A stretch of 64,000 nt of DNA, taken from positions 49,228,001 through 49,292,000 of the forward strand of contig NC_043013.1 of assembly GCF_006345805.1 (NCBI RefSeq). The letters run 5' to 3'. Origin of the DNA: Octopus sinensis (taxonomy: Eukaryota). The notes beneath the pieces are model-generated. The model saw only the letters and a list, made by a program, of their open reading frames with translations, was not told where the DNA came from and did no database searches. A program made the translations under genes and the position numbers. Positions 37,516-49,900 of this stretch are shown piece after piece; the first letter of the stretch is position 1, and each line of letters opens with the position of its first letter.

Positions 37516-40196
37516 CACACACACACACACACACATACACATACATACACACACACACACACACAAGCACACACGTTTTTACATACAGACTTGATTTATA
37601 TATGTGTGTATGTATATATACAGAAATTCATAAAAATATGAAGTGGCTGTGGTAAGTAGCTTGCTTACTGCTACCAAGTTATCGCGTTGTTTTTCGTCGC
37701 GGTGGAAGTCACGTCGTACGTGAAAAATTGAACACTAGAAGCACGACTACAGGTAAAGCATTTATTTTGGGGGAGCTTAGTGAGGTCTGCTGTTTGTATT
37801 TAAGAATTTTTTCGAACAGGGATCTCCACTGGGTTCCAGGCATTTGTTTGCCAGTGGTCGTGCAAGAACACTCACTTCGTAGAGAGAATTGTGTTTATTT
37901 TGAGAGGCATGTCCCTCCGAAAATATTTATTGGAATTTTTTGACTGTATTTTTGCCCTTTCAAGTGGATTTTTACCATAAAGGATAGGAGTACAACCAGA
38001 GTTGGACGGAATATTATCTGTGCTGTGAAGGACTACCAGTTTGGATTACCAGAGTAGCAGAATTGTGCTGTGTTGCGTTGCCATTTTGGACTATATTCCT
38101 TCGCTCTTTCTTCTCCTGTCTGTCTTTCTGATCTGTTTTGAGTTACTTTATAGACTTTCATTTGAATATTTTGATTTTTGTTTGTGTTTTTTTTATTTTT
38201 GTTTTGGCTATCAACATGGCAACTGTGAAATCCACTTTGGAGTGGAAAATTGTAGCCCCCAAAGAATAGTTGAAAATTATACGGAGAGAATGGTAGTGTT
38301 AAGACCCTATTCCAGGGTCCTCGACACCATCAAGGTCTTCTCTGATGAGGAAATTGCGTAGGAATTGGCAGACTATCTGCCAACTGTTAGGTTTATCGGC
38401 AGGGGTGCGAAGTATGGAACTGTGTGTGAACTTTTTGACACCCCTTGATTTTCGTTATCATCTTCGTACTCTTGTTCACTAGCTTCATCTTTAGAAGAGG
38501 TAAGCCCAAGGAAAACGGGAATCGAGAGTGTCTCAAAGTGCATAATGGGTCAAATGCTAGAGGAATATCGGGATAAGATATTTTACGCCTAATTTTCTTG
38601 TCAATAACGTTTGTGTTGATCATACAAAAATATCAGTCACTTGTGTAGTCCCTGGTCTCTTGCCAAACCATAAGAACTCCAAACGGCAGACCCTTTCTTT
38701 TTCCTTTTGTCCAGCCACAAAGCATTTCCCCACAGTTATGACACACAACACGAGGGGCCCATTTTTGCATTGATTTGCCTTGGTTGCTTAGGAGAATTCC
38801 AAAATAGGCTTTATAAGCCCGACTCCCATACAATGTAATATTGCACCTTTGACGAATAAGTGTGAAGGAGCCACAGACATAGCAGAAGCCACCAACATTA
38901 TCCACATATTTATGTCTACTTGAAGAAGTCACGATCAGATCAGAAAAATGCAATTGTCAATTCTTTGTAAGTAGGATATAGTTTGGAAGCACGTTATAAA
39001 TCGTTACTTCGGTAGCCGAGCCATTTGAATAGAAATTCGGTTTGCATGGAAGCACTCCGTCGGTTACGAGGACGAGGGTTCCGGTTGATCCGATCAACGG
39101 AACAGCCTGCTCGTGAAATTAACGTGTAAGTGGTTAAGCACTCCACAGACACGTGTACCCATAACGTAGTTCTCGGGGATATTCAGCGTGACACAGAGAG
39201 TGACAAGGCCGGCCCTTTGAAATACAGGTACAACAGAAACAGGAAGTAAGAGTGAGAGAAAGTTGTGGTGAAAGAGTACAGCAGGGATCACCACCATCCC
39301 CTGCCGGAGCCTCGTGGAGCTTTTTAGGTGTTTTCGCTCAATAAACACTCACAACGCCCGGTCTGGGAAACGAAACCGCGATCCTATGACCGCGAGTCCG
39401 CTGCCCTAACCACTGGGCCATTGCGCCTCCACACTGAAATTCGGTTTAATTCACCCAAAACATAAGAATTAGCAGAGTGCTCTTTCATTTTCTCAATTCG
39501 GAAAGAGACATTTACTGATCTATATTGTTTCCGCTTTTCTGAGTGGCCAAACAGCATTCCACACACTTTTCAGGCACTTTTCTTCCTGAGTTTTGTATCC
39601 TTTTGTTGTACCCTTCACTTATTTCTTCATTGCCCACAAGGGGCTAAACATAGAAGGGACAACCAAGGGATTAAGTCGATTATATCGATCCCAGTACGTA
39701 ACTGGTACTTAATTTATTGACCCCAAAAGGATGAAAGGCAAAGTCGACCTCGGCGGAATTTGAACTCAGAACGTAATGGCAGACGAAATGCCGCTAACGT
39801 TTCTGCCAGCTCGCCGCCTTTTTTGTTGTACCCTTCATTGCCAAACGCAGTTACCAAACGCAGGTATTTGATTTCTCATTGAACCTTTCAGTTCGTCCCC
39901 GCTAAATGTGCGATCAACTTGCGCGTTTATTGTTGAACTGAAGCGTGTGTTTATTCCAGATGTTGATGACTCTCTCTACTCTTTTCTCTTTTACTTGTTT
40001 CAGTCATTTGACTGCGGCCATGCTGCAGCACCACCTTTAGTCGATCGAGCAAATCGACCCCGGGACTTATTCTTTGTAAGCCCAGTACTTATTCTATCGG
40101 TCTCTTTTGCCGAACCGCTAAGTGACGGGGACGTAAACACACCAGCATCGGTTGTCAAGCGATGCTAGGGGGACAAACACAGACACACAAACATAT

Positions 40197-40241
<45 letters not shown>

Positions 40242-42676
40242 TACGACAGGCTTCTTTCAGTTTCCGTCTACCAAATCCACTCACAAGGCATTGGTCTGCC
40301 CGAGGCTATAGCAGAGGACACTTGCCCAAGATGCCATGCAGTGGGACTGAACCCGGAACCATGTGGTTGGTTAGCAAGCTACTTACCACACAGCCACTCC
40401 TGCGACTGTTGCAAATAAGTTCTATTTCTTTGTGTTCTCTGTTGCACGAATGAAACACAATAATGAGAAGAATTAAGAAGAATAAACCAAATGAATATAT
40501 TGGCAGAATTACAAGCATTGAGGAGAAATCAGAAAACACATTAAAATAGAGAGATGTAGCATATATTAAAAGTGATAAAATACCATGCACCGAGGGTTAC
40601 ATAACTAAAATAGGATGTGCTGGTTTCGCAGCAATGGCATAAAGAGTGCTTTCTTAATATCAAGTGAATAAGAAGCACATATTTTATGCCTCATGAGGTA
40701 AAAAGATCTTTTTTTCGAATTAAATTATATATTGTAAATGATGGTATTTTGGTTGTTCCTTCTCGAGCCAGGTCTGGCTCATAAGGGCTGGTGTTCCCGG
40801 TTTCTTGGCATATAGGTTCCCCACCTGGACGGGACGCCGGTCCATCACATGTGAGCTGCAAGAGGAAAGAGTGAGAGAAAGTTGTGGCGAAAGAGACAGC
40901 AGAAGTTTCGCCATTACCTTCTGCCGGAGCTGCGTGGAGCTTAGGTGTTTTGCTCATAAACACACATATTGCCCAGTCTGAGATTCGAACCCGCGATCCC
41001 TCGACCGCGAATCCGCTGCTCTAACCACTAGGTCATGTGCCTCCACATGTAAATTCTAATTATATATCCTTACGTATATTTCAGGTAATGACTTTGGCTG
41101 GTCTGTGGCTAAAAAGAATGATGTGCACTCATACATTTGCGAAATAAGTCAAGATGAAACGTATCGAATATTGGAAAAGGACACAGGATTAGGTAAGTGA
41201 CCTTTTACAGTCAAAATACGAAAATGTGGATATTTAACTGCGATGTAATTAGTTTAACACGTTTTTAATGAACAGCATGCATTTTTATGTTAATATTGCT
41301 AGATTTTAGACCTAATTTATCACTAAAATATATCGTTTTCCGCAATACAATTATTTCTAATTTGTGAAATTAGAAACATTCTGGGATCTTTTCGGTTTGA
41401 ACGGCAGTTTTTTCTAGCGGTGTCATATGAAATTGTCACCCATAATTATGACCCTAGAATCGATCTATTGCATTTCAATCTATTTTAGGGTTAGGGTTAG
41501 TTAGGGGTGGGGGAAGGGTATCTTTTTTCTTCACAAATGTAAATAAACCCAATCTGTTTCTTAAACGAGGGACATATTCATACGGCACAGAATGCTTTTT
41601 AACTCAATAGACGTCAGTGATTGGTTGAAATTGCAGAAATTGAAGAAAAAACAATAAATATCTTACAAACTATAGAATTTTCTCAATAAAGCCAAGAGAA
41701 AAAGATGTTTTATAAACACATTCTACCAGTATAAGAAGTTAAAAATTTTTTGTTACCTAGAAATTATGTTAAAAACTGCCGTTCAAACCGAAAAGATCCA
41801 CATTCTGTTCAATATACATCAGCGGATCGCTTAACACATTATTTTCATAAGGTCTAAATTTGAATGTTATTTTTATTGATATTTCTCCAGGTGTTTCTTT
41901 GAAGCCAGTCTTATGAAAGTTAATTAAATTAGTGTTAAATTCAGTAAATTCACGTAAAGCATTATCATAGATAACGTTTGCTTCGTAAACTGCCAACCAA
42001 AGCATTTTTTCAGATTATGGTGTTGAAGTGAGAAATAAAAACAACATAAAAAGAGGTCCTATAATGAAAATGGAGCCAAACAATACCGTTTTTGTGTTGG
42101 ACGTAGACGAGTCCGTCGTACTTGAATGCTTGGCAACTGGAAATCCGCAAGTAAAATATAAATGGTACAAAGGAAGCCAAGAACTTTCGTCTACAGTCAA
42201 CAATCGGTACACAGTAACTAATGGGCGACTCTCTATTACTAATCCGCAAGCTTCTGATTCGGCAACTGACTATAGGTGTGAAGCATCGAATGAATTCGGT
42301 TCAATTTATAGTACCAACGCACAACTCACAGCAGGTTGTAAGTATTAGTATTTTAACTGAGATTTTGAAGGGTCTGTACTGTTTTTTTTGTTTTTGTCAC
42401 TTTCACCTTCAATAGCTTTATGTAGTCTATTGTTCTATTAAGTATTTGCGTGTATCTTTATTTTTATTATCTTCTTTACTTGTTTCAGTCATTAGACTGC
42501 GGCCATGCTGAGGCATTACCTTTAAGAACTTTTAGTTGAACGAATCGAGCCCAATACTTAGTTTTTTTTTATAAGCCTGGTACTTATTCTTTCGGGGTCT
42601 TTCGCCGAACATCTAAGTTATGGAGACATGAAGATATCAACACTTGTTGTCAAGCATTGGTGGAGGACAAACACAG

Positions 42677-42735
<59 letters not shown>

Positions 42736-42974
42736 TACATACACACGCGCGCGCGTAAAGAAGCCCGTCATATATATATAAGGCGAAGGAATGGGTGTGT
42801 GGTAAGAAACTAGGTACAAGAGTGGCTGTGTGGTTAGAGGCTTGCTTCCCAGCCTCACGGTTCCGGGTTCAGTCCTACTGCATGACACCTTTGGCAAGTG
42901 TCTTCTACTATAGCCTCGGGCCGACCAAGGCCTTGTGAGTGGATTTGATAGACAGAAACTGAAAGAAGCCCGTC

Positions 42975-43053
<79 letters not shown>

Positions 43054-43874
43054 CTATTTCTGTGTCTGTGTTTGTTACCCCACCATCGCTTGAAACTGGT
43101 GTTGGTGTACTTACGTGTCCGTAACATAGCGGTTCGGCAAAAGAGACCGATTGAATAAGTACTAGGCTTACAAAGAATAAGTCCTGGGGTTGATTTGCTC
43201 GATTAAAGGCGGTGCTCCAGCATGGCCACAGTCAAATGACTGAAACAAGTAAAAGAATATATAAATAAGCACACGTCGGGCTTCTTTCCGTCTACCAAAT
43301 CCACTCACAAGGATTTGGTCGACCCGAGACTGTATTAGAAGGAACTTGCCTTGCCCAAGGTGCTACGCAGTGGGACTGAACCTAGATCCATGTGGTTGGG
43401 AAGCAAACTTGTTACCCCACAGCCATATCTATATATTTTCTTCTTTTATCCAAGTAAGAGGTAGGGATAATATTATAATTATAATTTGGATTGGAATAAA
43501 GGAATAAAGAAAAAAATGAATTTTATTTACGATACTCTTTTTTCCACCAACTACAAACAGATAACTAGAATTTTTTCAATCAGTGTTGATCTGCAAGTTT
43601 CTTTTTTTAAGTGTTCAATATTTGCATTTAATCTCCACATCAATATTTCTTTTTCATTAGAAAAGGAACTATCACTGCTTTATATAAATCTCTCATGCAT
43701 ATAGGCGCAGGAATGGCTGTGTGGTAAGTAGCTTGCTAACCAGCCACATGGTTCCGAGTTCAGTCCCACTGCGTAGCATCTTGGGCAAGTGTCTTCTGCT
43801 ATAGCCCCGGGCCGACCAATGCCTTGTGAGTGGATTTGGTAGACGGAAACTGAAAGAAGCCTGTCGTATGTATG

Positions 43875-43909
<35 letters not shown>

Positions 43910-46900
43910 GTGTGTGTTTGTGTGTCTGTGTTTGTCCCCCTAGCATTGCTTGACAACCGATGCTGGTGTGTTTATGTCCCCGTCACTTAGCGGTTCGGCA
44001 AAAGAGACCGATAGAATAAGTACTGGGCTTACAAAGAATAAGTCCCGGGGTCGAGTTGCTCAATTAAAGGTGGTGCTCCAGCATGGCCGCAGTCAAATGA
44101 CTGAAACAAGTAAAAGAGAGTAAAAGAGAGTATATGATATTTAATATGTAAAATATACAGTAGTTTTTATCACGTTGCTTTAAATGTAAGATCATGGTTT
44201 CAAAATGACATGCGTTATATTCTTTTCTTATTTTGGCACAAGGCCAGCAATTTTGAGGGGTTGAGGAAGTCGTTTGCATCGACCCCAGTTCTCAACTGGA
44301 ACTTATTTTTATCTACCCCGAATAGCAGAGTTGACCACGGTAGAATTTGAACTCAGAACGTAAAGGCGGACGAAATGCTGCTGAGCATATTGTCCGACGT
44401 GGTAACGATTCTGCCAGCTCGCCGCCTTAATGATGTCAGTTTCATTCTTTTCTAAAATAGGTACAAGGCCTAAAATGTACAACTGGCACCTATTTCATCG
44501 ACTTCCGAAAAGATGAAAGGCAAAGTTGATTTCGGCAGAATTTGAAACCAAAACCTAAAAACGAACGAAATGCGGCAAAGCTAACAGTTTTGCTAGGTCA
44601 CCTCCTTAACAATGCAAATTATACTGATTTTAAATTTTGGCACAAGGCCAGCAATTTCGAAAGAGGGGATAGTCGATTTAATCGATTCCAATGTTCAGCT
44701 GGTACTCATTTTATCGAACCTCGAAAAGATGAAAGGCAATGTTGACCTCGGCGGAATTTGAACTCAGATCGACATCATTCTGCCCGGCGTGCTAACGAAT
44801 ATGGCATTTTGCTACCTTAGAATGTAAGATGTATTCTTTTCTACTCTAGGCACAAGGCTCGAAATTTTTAGGTAAGGGGCCCACTCGATTAGATCAACCT
44901 CAGTATGCGACTGGTACTTAATTTATCGACCCCGAAAGGATGAAAGGCAAAGTAAAGAATTTGAACTCAGAATGACAGCATTCTGCCCGGCGTGCTAACG
45001 AATATGGCATTTGGCTACCTTAGAATGTAAGATGTATTCTTTTCTACTCTAGGCACAAGGCTCGAAATTTTTAGGTAAGGGGCCCACTCGATTAGATCGA
45101 CCTCAGTATGCGACTGGTACTTAATTTATCGACCCCGAAAGGATGAAAGGCAAAGTAAAGAATTTGAACTCAGAACGATATCATTCTGCCCGGCGTGCTA
45201 ACGATTATGGCATTTTGCTACCTTAGAATGTAAGATGTATTCTTTTCTACTCTAGGCACAAGGCTCGAAATTTTTAGGTAAGGGGCCCACTCGATTAGAT
45301 CGACCTCAGTATGCGACTGGTACTTAATTTATCGACCCCGAAAGGATGAAAGGCAAAGTAAAGAATTTGAATTCAGAACGATATCATTCTGCCCGGCGTG
45401 CTAACGATTATGGCATTTTGCTACCTTAGAATGTAAGATGTATTCTTTTCTACTCTAGGCACAAGGCTCGAAATTTTTAGGTAAGGGGCCCACTCGATTA
45501 GATCGACCTCAGTATGCGACTGGTACTTAATTTATCGACCCTGAAAGGATGAAAGGCAAAGTAAAGAATTTGAACTCAGAATGACAGCATTCTGCCCGGC
45601 GTGCTAACGAATATGGCATTTTGCTACCTTAGAATGTAGATGTATTCTTTTCTACTCTAGGCACAAGGCTCGAAATTTTTAGGTAAGGGGCCCACTCGAT
45701 TAGATCAACCTCAGTATGCGACTGGTACTTAATTTATCGACCCCGAAAGGATGAAAGGCAAAGTAAAGATTTGAACTCAGAATGACAGCATTCTGCCCGG
45801 CGTGCTAACGAATATGGCATTTTGCTACCTTAGATGTAAGATGTTTTCTTTTCTACTCTAGGCACAAGGCTCGAATTTTTAGGTAAGGGGCCCACTCGAT
45901 TAGATCAACCTCAGTATGCGACTGGTACTTAATTTATCGACCCCGAAAGGATGAAAGGCAAAGTAAAGAATTTGAACTCAGAATGACAGCATTCTGCCCG
46001 GCGTGCTAACGAATATGGCATTTTGCTACCTTAGAATGTAAGATGTATTCTTTTCTACTCTAGGCACAAGGCTCGAAATTTTTAGGTAGGGGGCCCACTC
46101 GATTAGATCGACCTCAGTATGCGACTGGTACTTAATTTATCGACCCCGAAAGGATGAAAGGCAAAGTAAAGAATTTGAACTCAGATGACAGCATTCTGCC
46201 CGGCGTGCTAACGAATATGGCATTTTGCTACCTTAGAATGTAAGATGTTTTCTTTTCTACTCTAAGCACAAGGCTCGAATTTTTAGGTAGGGGGCCCACT
46301 CGATTAGATCGACCTCAGTATGCGACTGGTACTTAATTTATCGACCCCGAAAGGATGAAAGGCAAAGTAAAGAATTTGAACTCAGATCGACATCATTCTG
46401 CCCGGCGTGCTAGCGATTATGGCATTTTGCTACCTTAGAATGTAAGATGTATTCTTTTCTACTCTAGGCACAAGGCTCGAAATTTTTAGGTAGGGGGCCC
46501 ACTCGATTAGATCGACCTCAGTATGCGACTGGTACTTAATTTATCGACCCCGAAAGGATAAAGGCAAAGTAAAGAATTTGAACTCAGAATGACAGCATTC
46601 TGCCCGGCGTGCTAACGAATATGGCATTTTGCTACCTTAGAATGTAAGATGTATTCTTTTCTACTCTAGGCACAAGGCTCGAAATTTTTAGGTAGGGGGC
46701 CCACTCGATTAGATCGACCTCAGTATGCGACTGGTACTTAATTTATCGACCCCGAAAGGATGAAAGGCAAAGTAAAGAATTTGAACTCAGAATGACAGCA
46801 TTCTGCCCGGCGTGCTAACGAATATGGCATTTGGCTACCTTGGACTGTAAGATATACTGAGAGCAGTTTTACATTTAGTAAGCAGAGATCGCATTTAAAT

Positions 46901-49900
46901 AATCTGTTAGTGATAAACGTTTTACAAAAGGTAAAAACAAATACAGGAGATGTAACTTTATAACATCTGGAACAGAAAAAACAAACACTGTTCAGTAATA
47001 ATAGGCGCAGGAGTGGCTGTGTGGTAAGTATCTTGCTAACCAAACCACATGGTTCCGGGTTCAGTCCCACTGCGTGGCATCTTGGGCAAGTGTCTTCTGC
47101 TATAGCCCCGGGCCGACCAATGCCTTGTGAGTGGATTTGGTAGACGGAAACTGAAAGAAGCCTGTCGTATATATGTATATATATAAGTGTGTGTGTGTAT
47201 ATGTTTTTGTGCCTGTGTTTGTCCCCCTAGCATTGCTTGACAACCGATGCTGGTGTATTTACGTCCCCGTAACTTAGCGGTTCGGCAAAAGAGACCGATA
47301 GAATAAGTATTGGGCTTACAAAGAATAAGTCCCGGGGTCGATTTGCTCGACTAAAGGCGGTGCTCCAGGATGGCCACAGTCAAATGACTGAAACAAGTAA
47401 AAGAGTAAAAGAGAGAGTAAAAGAGTAAAATCATTTTTATTTTACATTCGATTTTCAAACGTTAAAATTTCAACTCTTGAAACTATAGTACCCATGCTTT
47501 TATTTTAGCCCTTGGATATTTCTCCAACATTAAACCTGAAAAAGAACTTGCTACGGATTTCAATTATAAAATTCTTCAGTGTCCGAAAATTCAAGGCAAA
47601 CCCGGTAATATTTTTTTAGTATTTCTTGTAAATTATCATTGATTCCATATATTTCCATTTCTTCTCATATTGATTTAGAGTTCTGTCAATGTAACATTCT
47701 ATAAATCAACTCTAAAGTTCATTTCTCATAATAAAGGTTTACTGAAAGTCTGAATGTAAGATGCTAATTAATCTAAGAACCTATGAGATGTACACTCTCT
47801 ATATCGTTTTAGATATTAACATGTTTTCTTAACCCGGCGAATGATAGAATCTGTAGATCAGGACAAAATGTATTTGGTGTTTAATTACATACATATGTAT
47901 TCTAACTTCAAATTTTGAATTTTCTCTTCGTCATTACGGTTATTCCTTGAGGCGCAATGGCCCAGTGGTTAGGGCAGCAGACTCGCGGTCGTACATCGCG
48001 GTTTCGATTCCCAGACCGGGCGTTGTGAGTGTTTATTGAGCGAAAACACCTAAAGCTCCACGAGGCTTCGGCAGGGGATGGTGGTGACCCCTGCTGTACT
48101 CTTTCACCACAACTTTCTCTCACTCTTACTTCCTGTTTCTGTTGTACCTGTATTTCAAAGGGCCGGCCTTGTCACTCTCTGTGTCACGCTGAATATCCCC
48201 GAGAATTGCGTTAAGGGTACACGTGTCTGTGGAGTGCTCAGCCACTTACACGTTAATTTCACGAGCAGGCTGTTCCGTTGATTCGGATCAACCGGAACCC
48301 TCGTCGTCGTAACCGACGGAGTGCTTCCATCCATCCATTCCTTGATAGTATGCTTTAGCAAAATGTAGTATTTATACTCACTTAATTGTGCATGTTCATT
48401 TAGAACAAATTATACTATGCTCATAGTTGTTCGTTCTAACAGAACACCTACGCTTAAGTGGGCATAAATATTACCTTTCGATATTAATACTGTGTCAGTC
48501 GATAGTATATATCCCATTAGCAAAATGTTGTATATATATAGAAAGTCACAATAAAAGTAAATACTCGGGATTTGGGTTGAAAAAAAGTAGGATGCGGAGG
48601 TGAATATCCTTCAAGGCTTAATATCTGATATCAAACCATGTTCTTATGTGTTTGATTCATTAAATCCGGAATAATGCAAATAGTTTTTAAGGTAGCAGTA
48701 ATAATTCAGTAAATAATAGTATAATTATCATTATTAACTTAAAATGCTCTGATTCTTTTCGTATTTATTTATGCACTAATAATTTTGTGGACGTTCCCGA
48801 TTTCTACTTCTAACACCTGATCAAAAGCGCACCAGGCTAGTCACATCAAGGGGAGATCTGGCATTGTTTCAGAGAGATCCAGTCGGTTTCTTTGAATGTC
48901 TTCCTAACCCAGGATGAGCATTGGGATCATCCCTTTGAGCCAGAGACGAAGAGACAATCCATATAGTAGGAACACCGCCTCCTCACCTGCTCCAAAAATT
49001 TTGTTACAAAATCGAGTTGATAGTAACACTGTAACCACGAAAAGTCTTACTTTTTACCTTAGCAGTAGCAGGGACACCACTAACGCCCCTGCAATTAGTA
49101 CCATTAACACTAGTAACTACGGCGAAGCGAATGCACACATCATCCTCCTTACTTTTATACTACTCGAGATTATTCACAAGCACACCCAAATTCGACTCAT
49201 CATACCTCTTCTACATTACCTAGCAACACTTCTAAGGTTGTTTCAGCAACAGCGAAGGTGATGGCTTCGGTTTTGCAAAAGGCATTATGTCAACTTACTA
49301 TCTTGAAAAGGGCCACATTATCAATTGCGAGTACTATGCCAACTTACCGAGGTAGTTACAAAAGTCTATGAAGACAAACCGCCCAGACAAACTGACTATA
49401 GGAGTCTTGTTCCATCAGCACACAAGTCCTTGGTTTCAATAGCTGCTTGCATTGACTTGGTTTCGAACTGGTTGATCACTATCTCTTTTCTTCTTATTTG
49501 GTTCCATCTGCCTGTCATCTGTTCCCCAACATGAAAAAAAAGCACTTGGCTGAGAATCAATCTCTCAATAATTATGACGTTTAAATCTGCTGTTGATGAC
49601 GTTTTTGACGAAAAGGATGAAAGCTTCTTCTCCAATGGAATCCAAGTACTACAATACCCATGGAAGAAGTATGTAGACTTCAAGGGAAGCAATGTTGAAA
49701 TATAAACCCCATTTGGTCACATATCTTAGTCAGCCTATGAACGTTTTAGCTGACACTCTTAAGTTCCTAATTTTCGCGAGAAAATTTGCATCCTTTTCTC
49801 GGTCGGATATCGAAATTATCTTAGCAGCTACAAAAAAGTACTCCTGTTTTTTTATAACAAATGCTTGTCGCGTTAATTCTTCCATAAACTCCTCCGATAT

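Noticed and set aside
44754-46855. Regular repeat array resembling CRISPR
   Set aside because: Whole 203 bp units repeat with no unique spacers, the unit is SINE-derived, there are no cas genes and the context is a eukaryotic intron.
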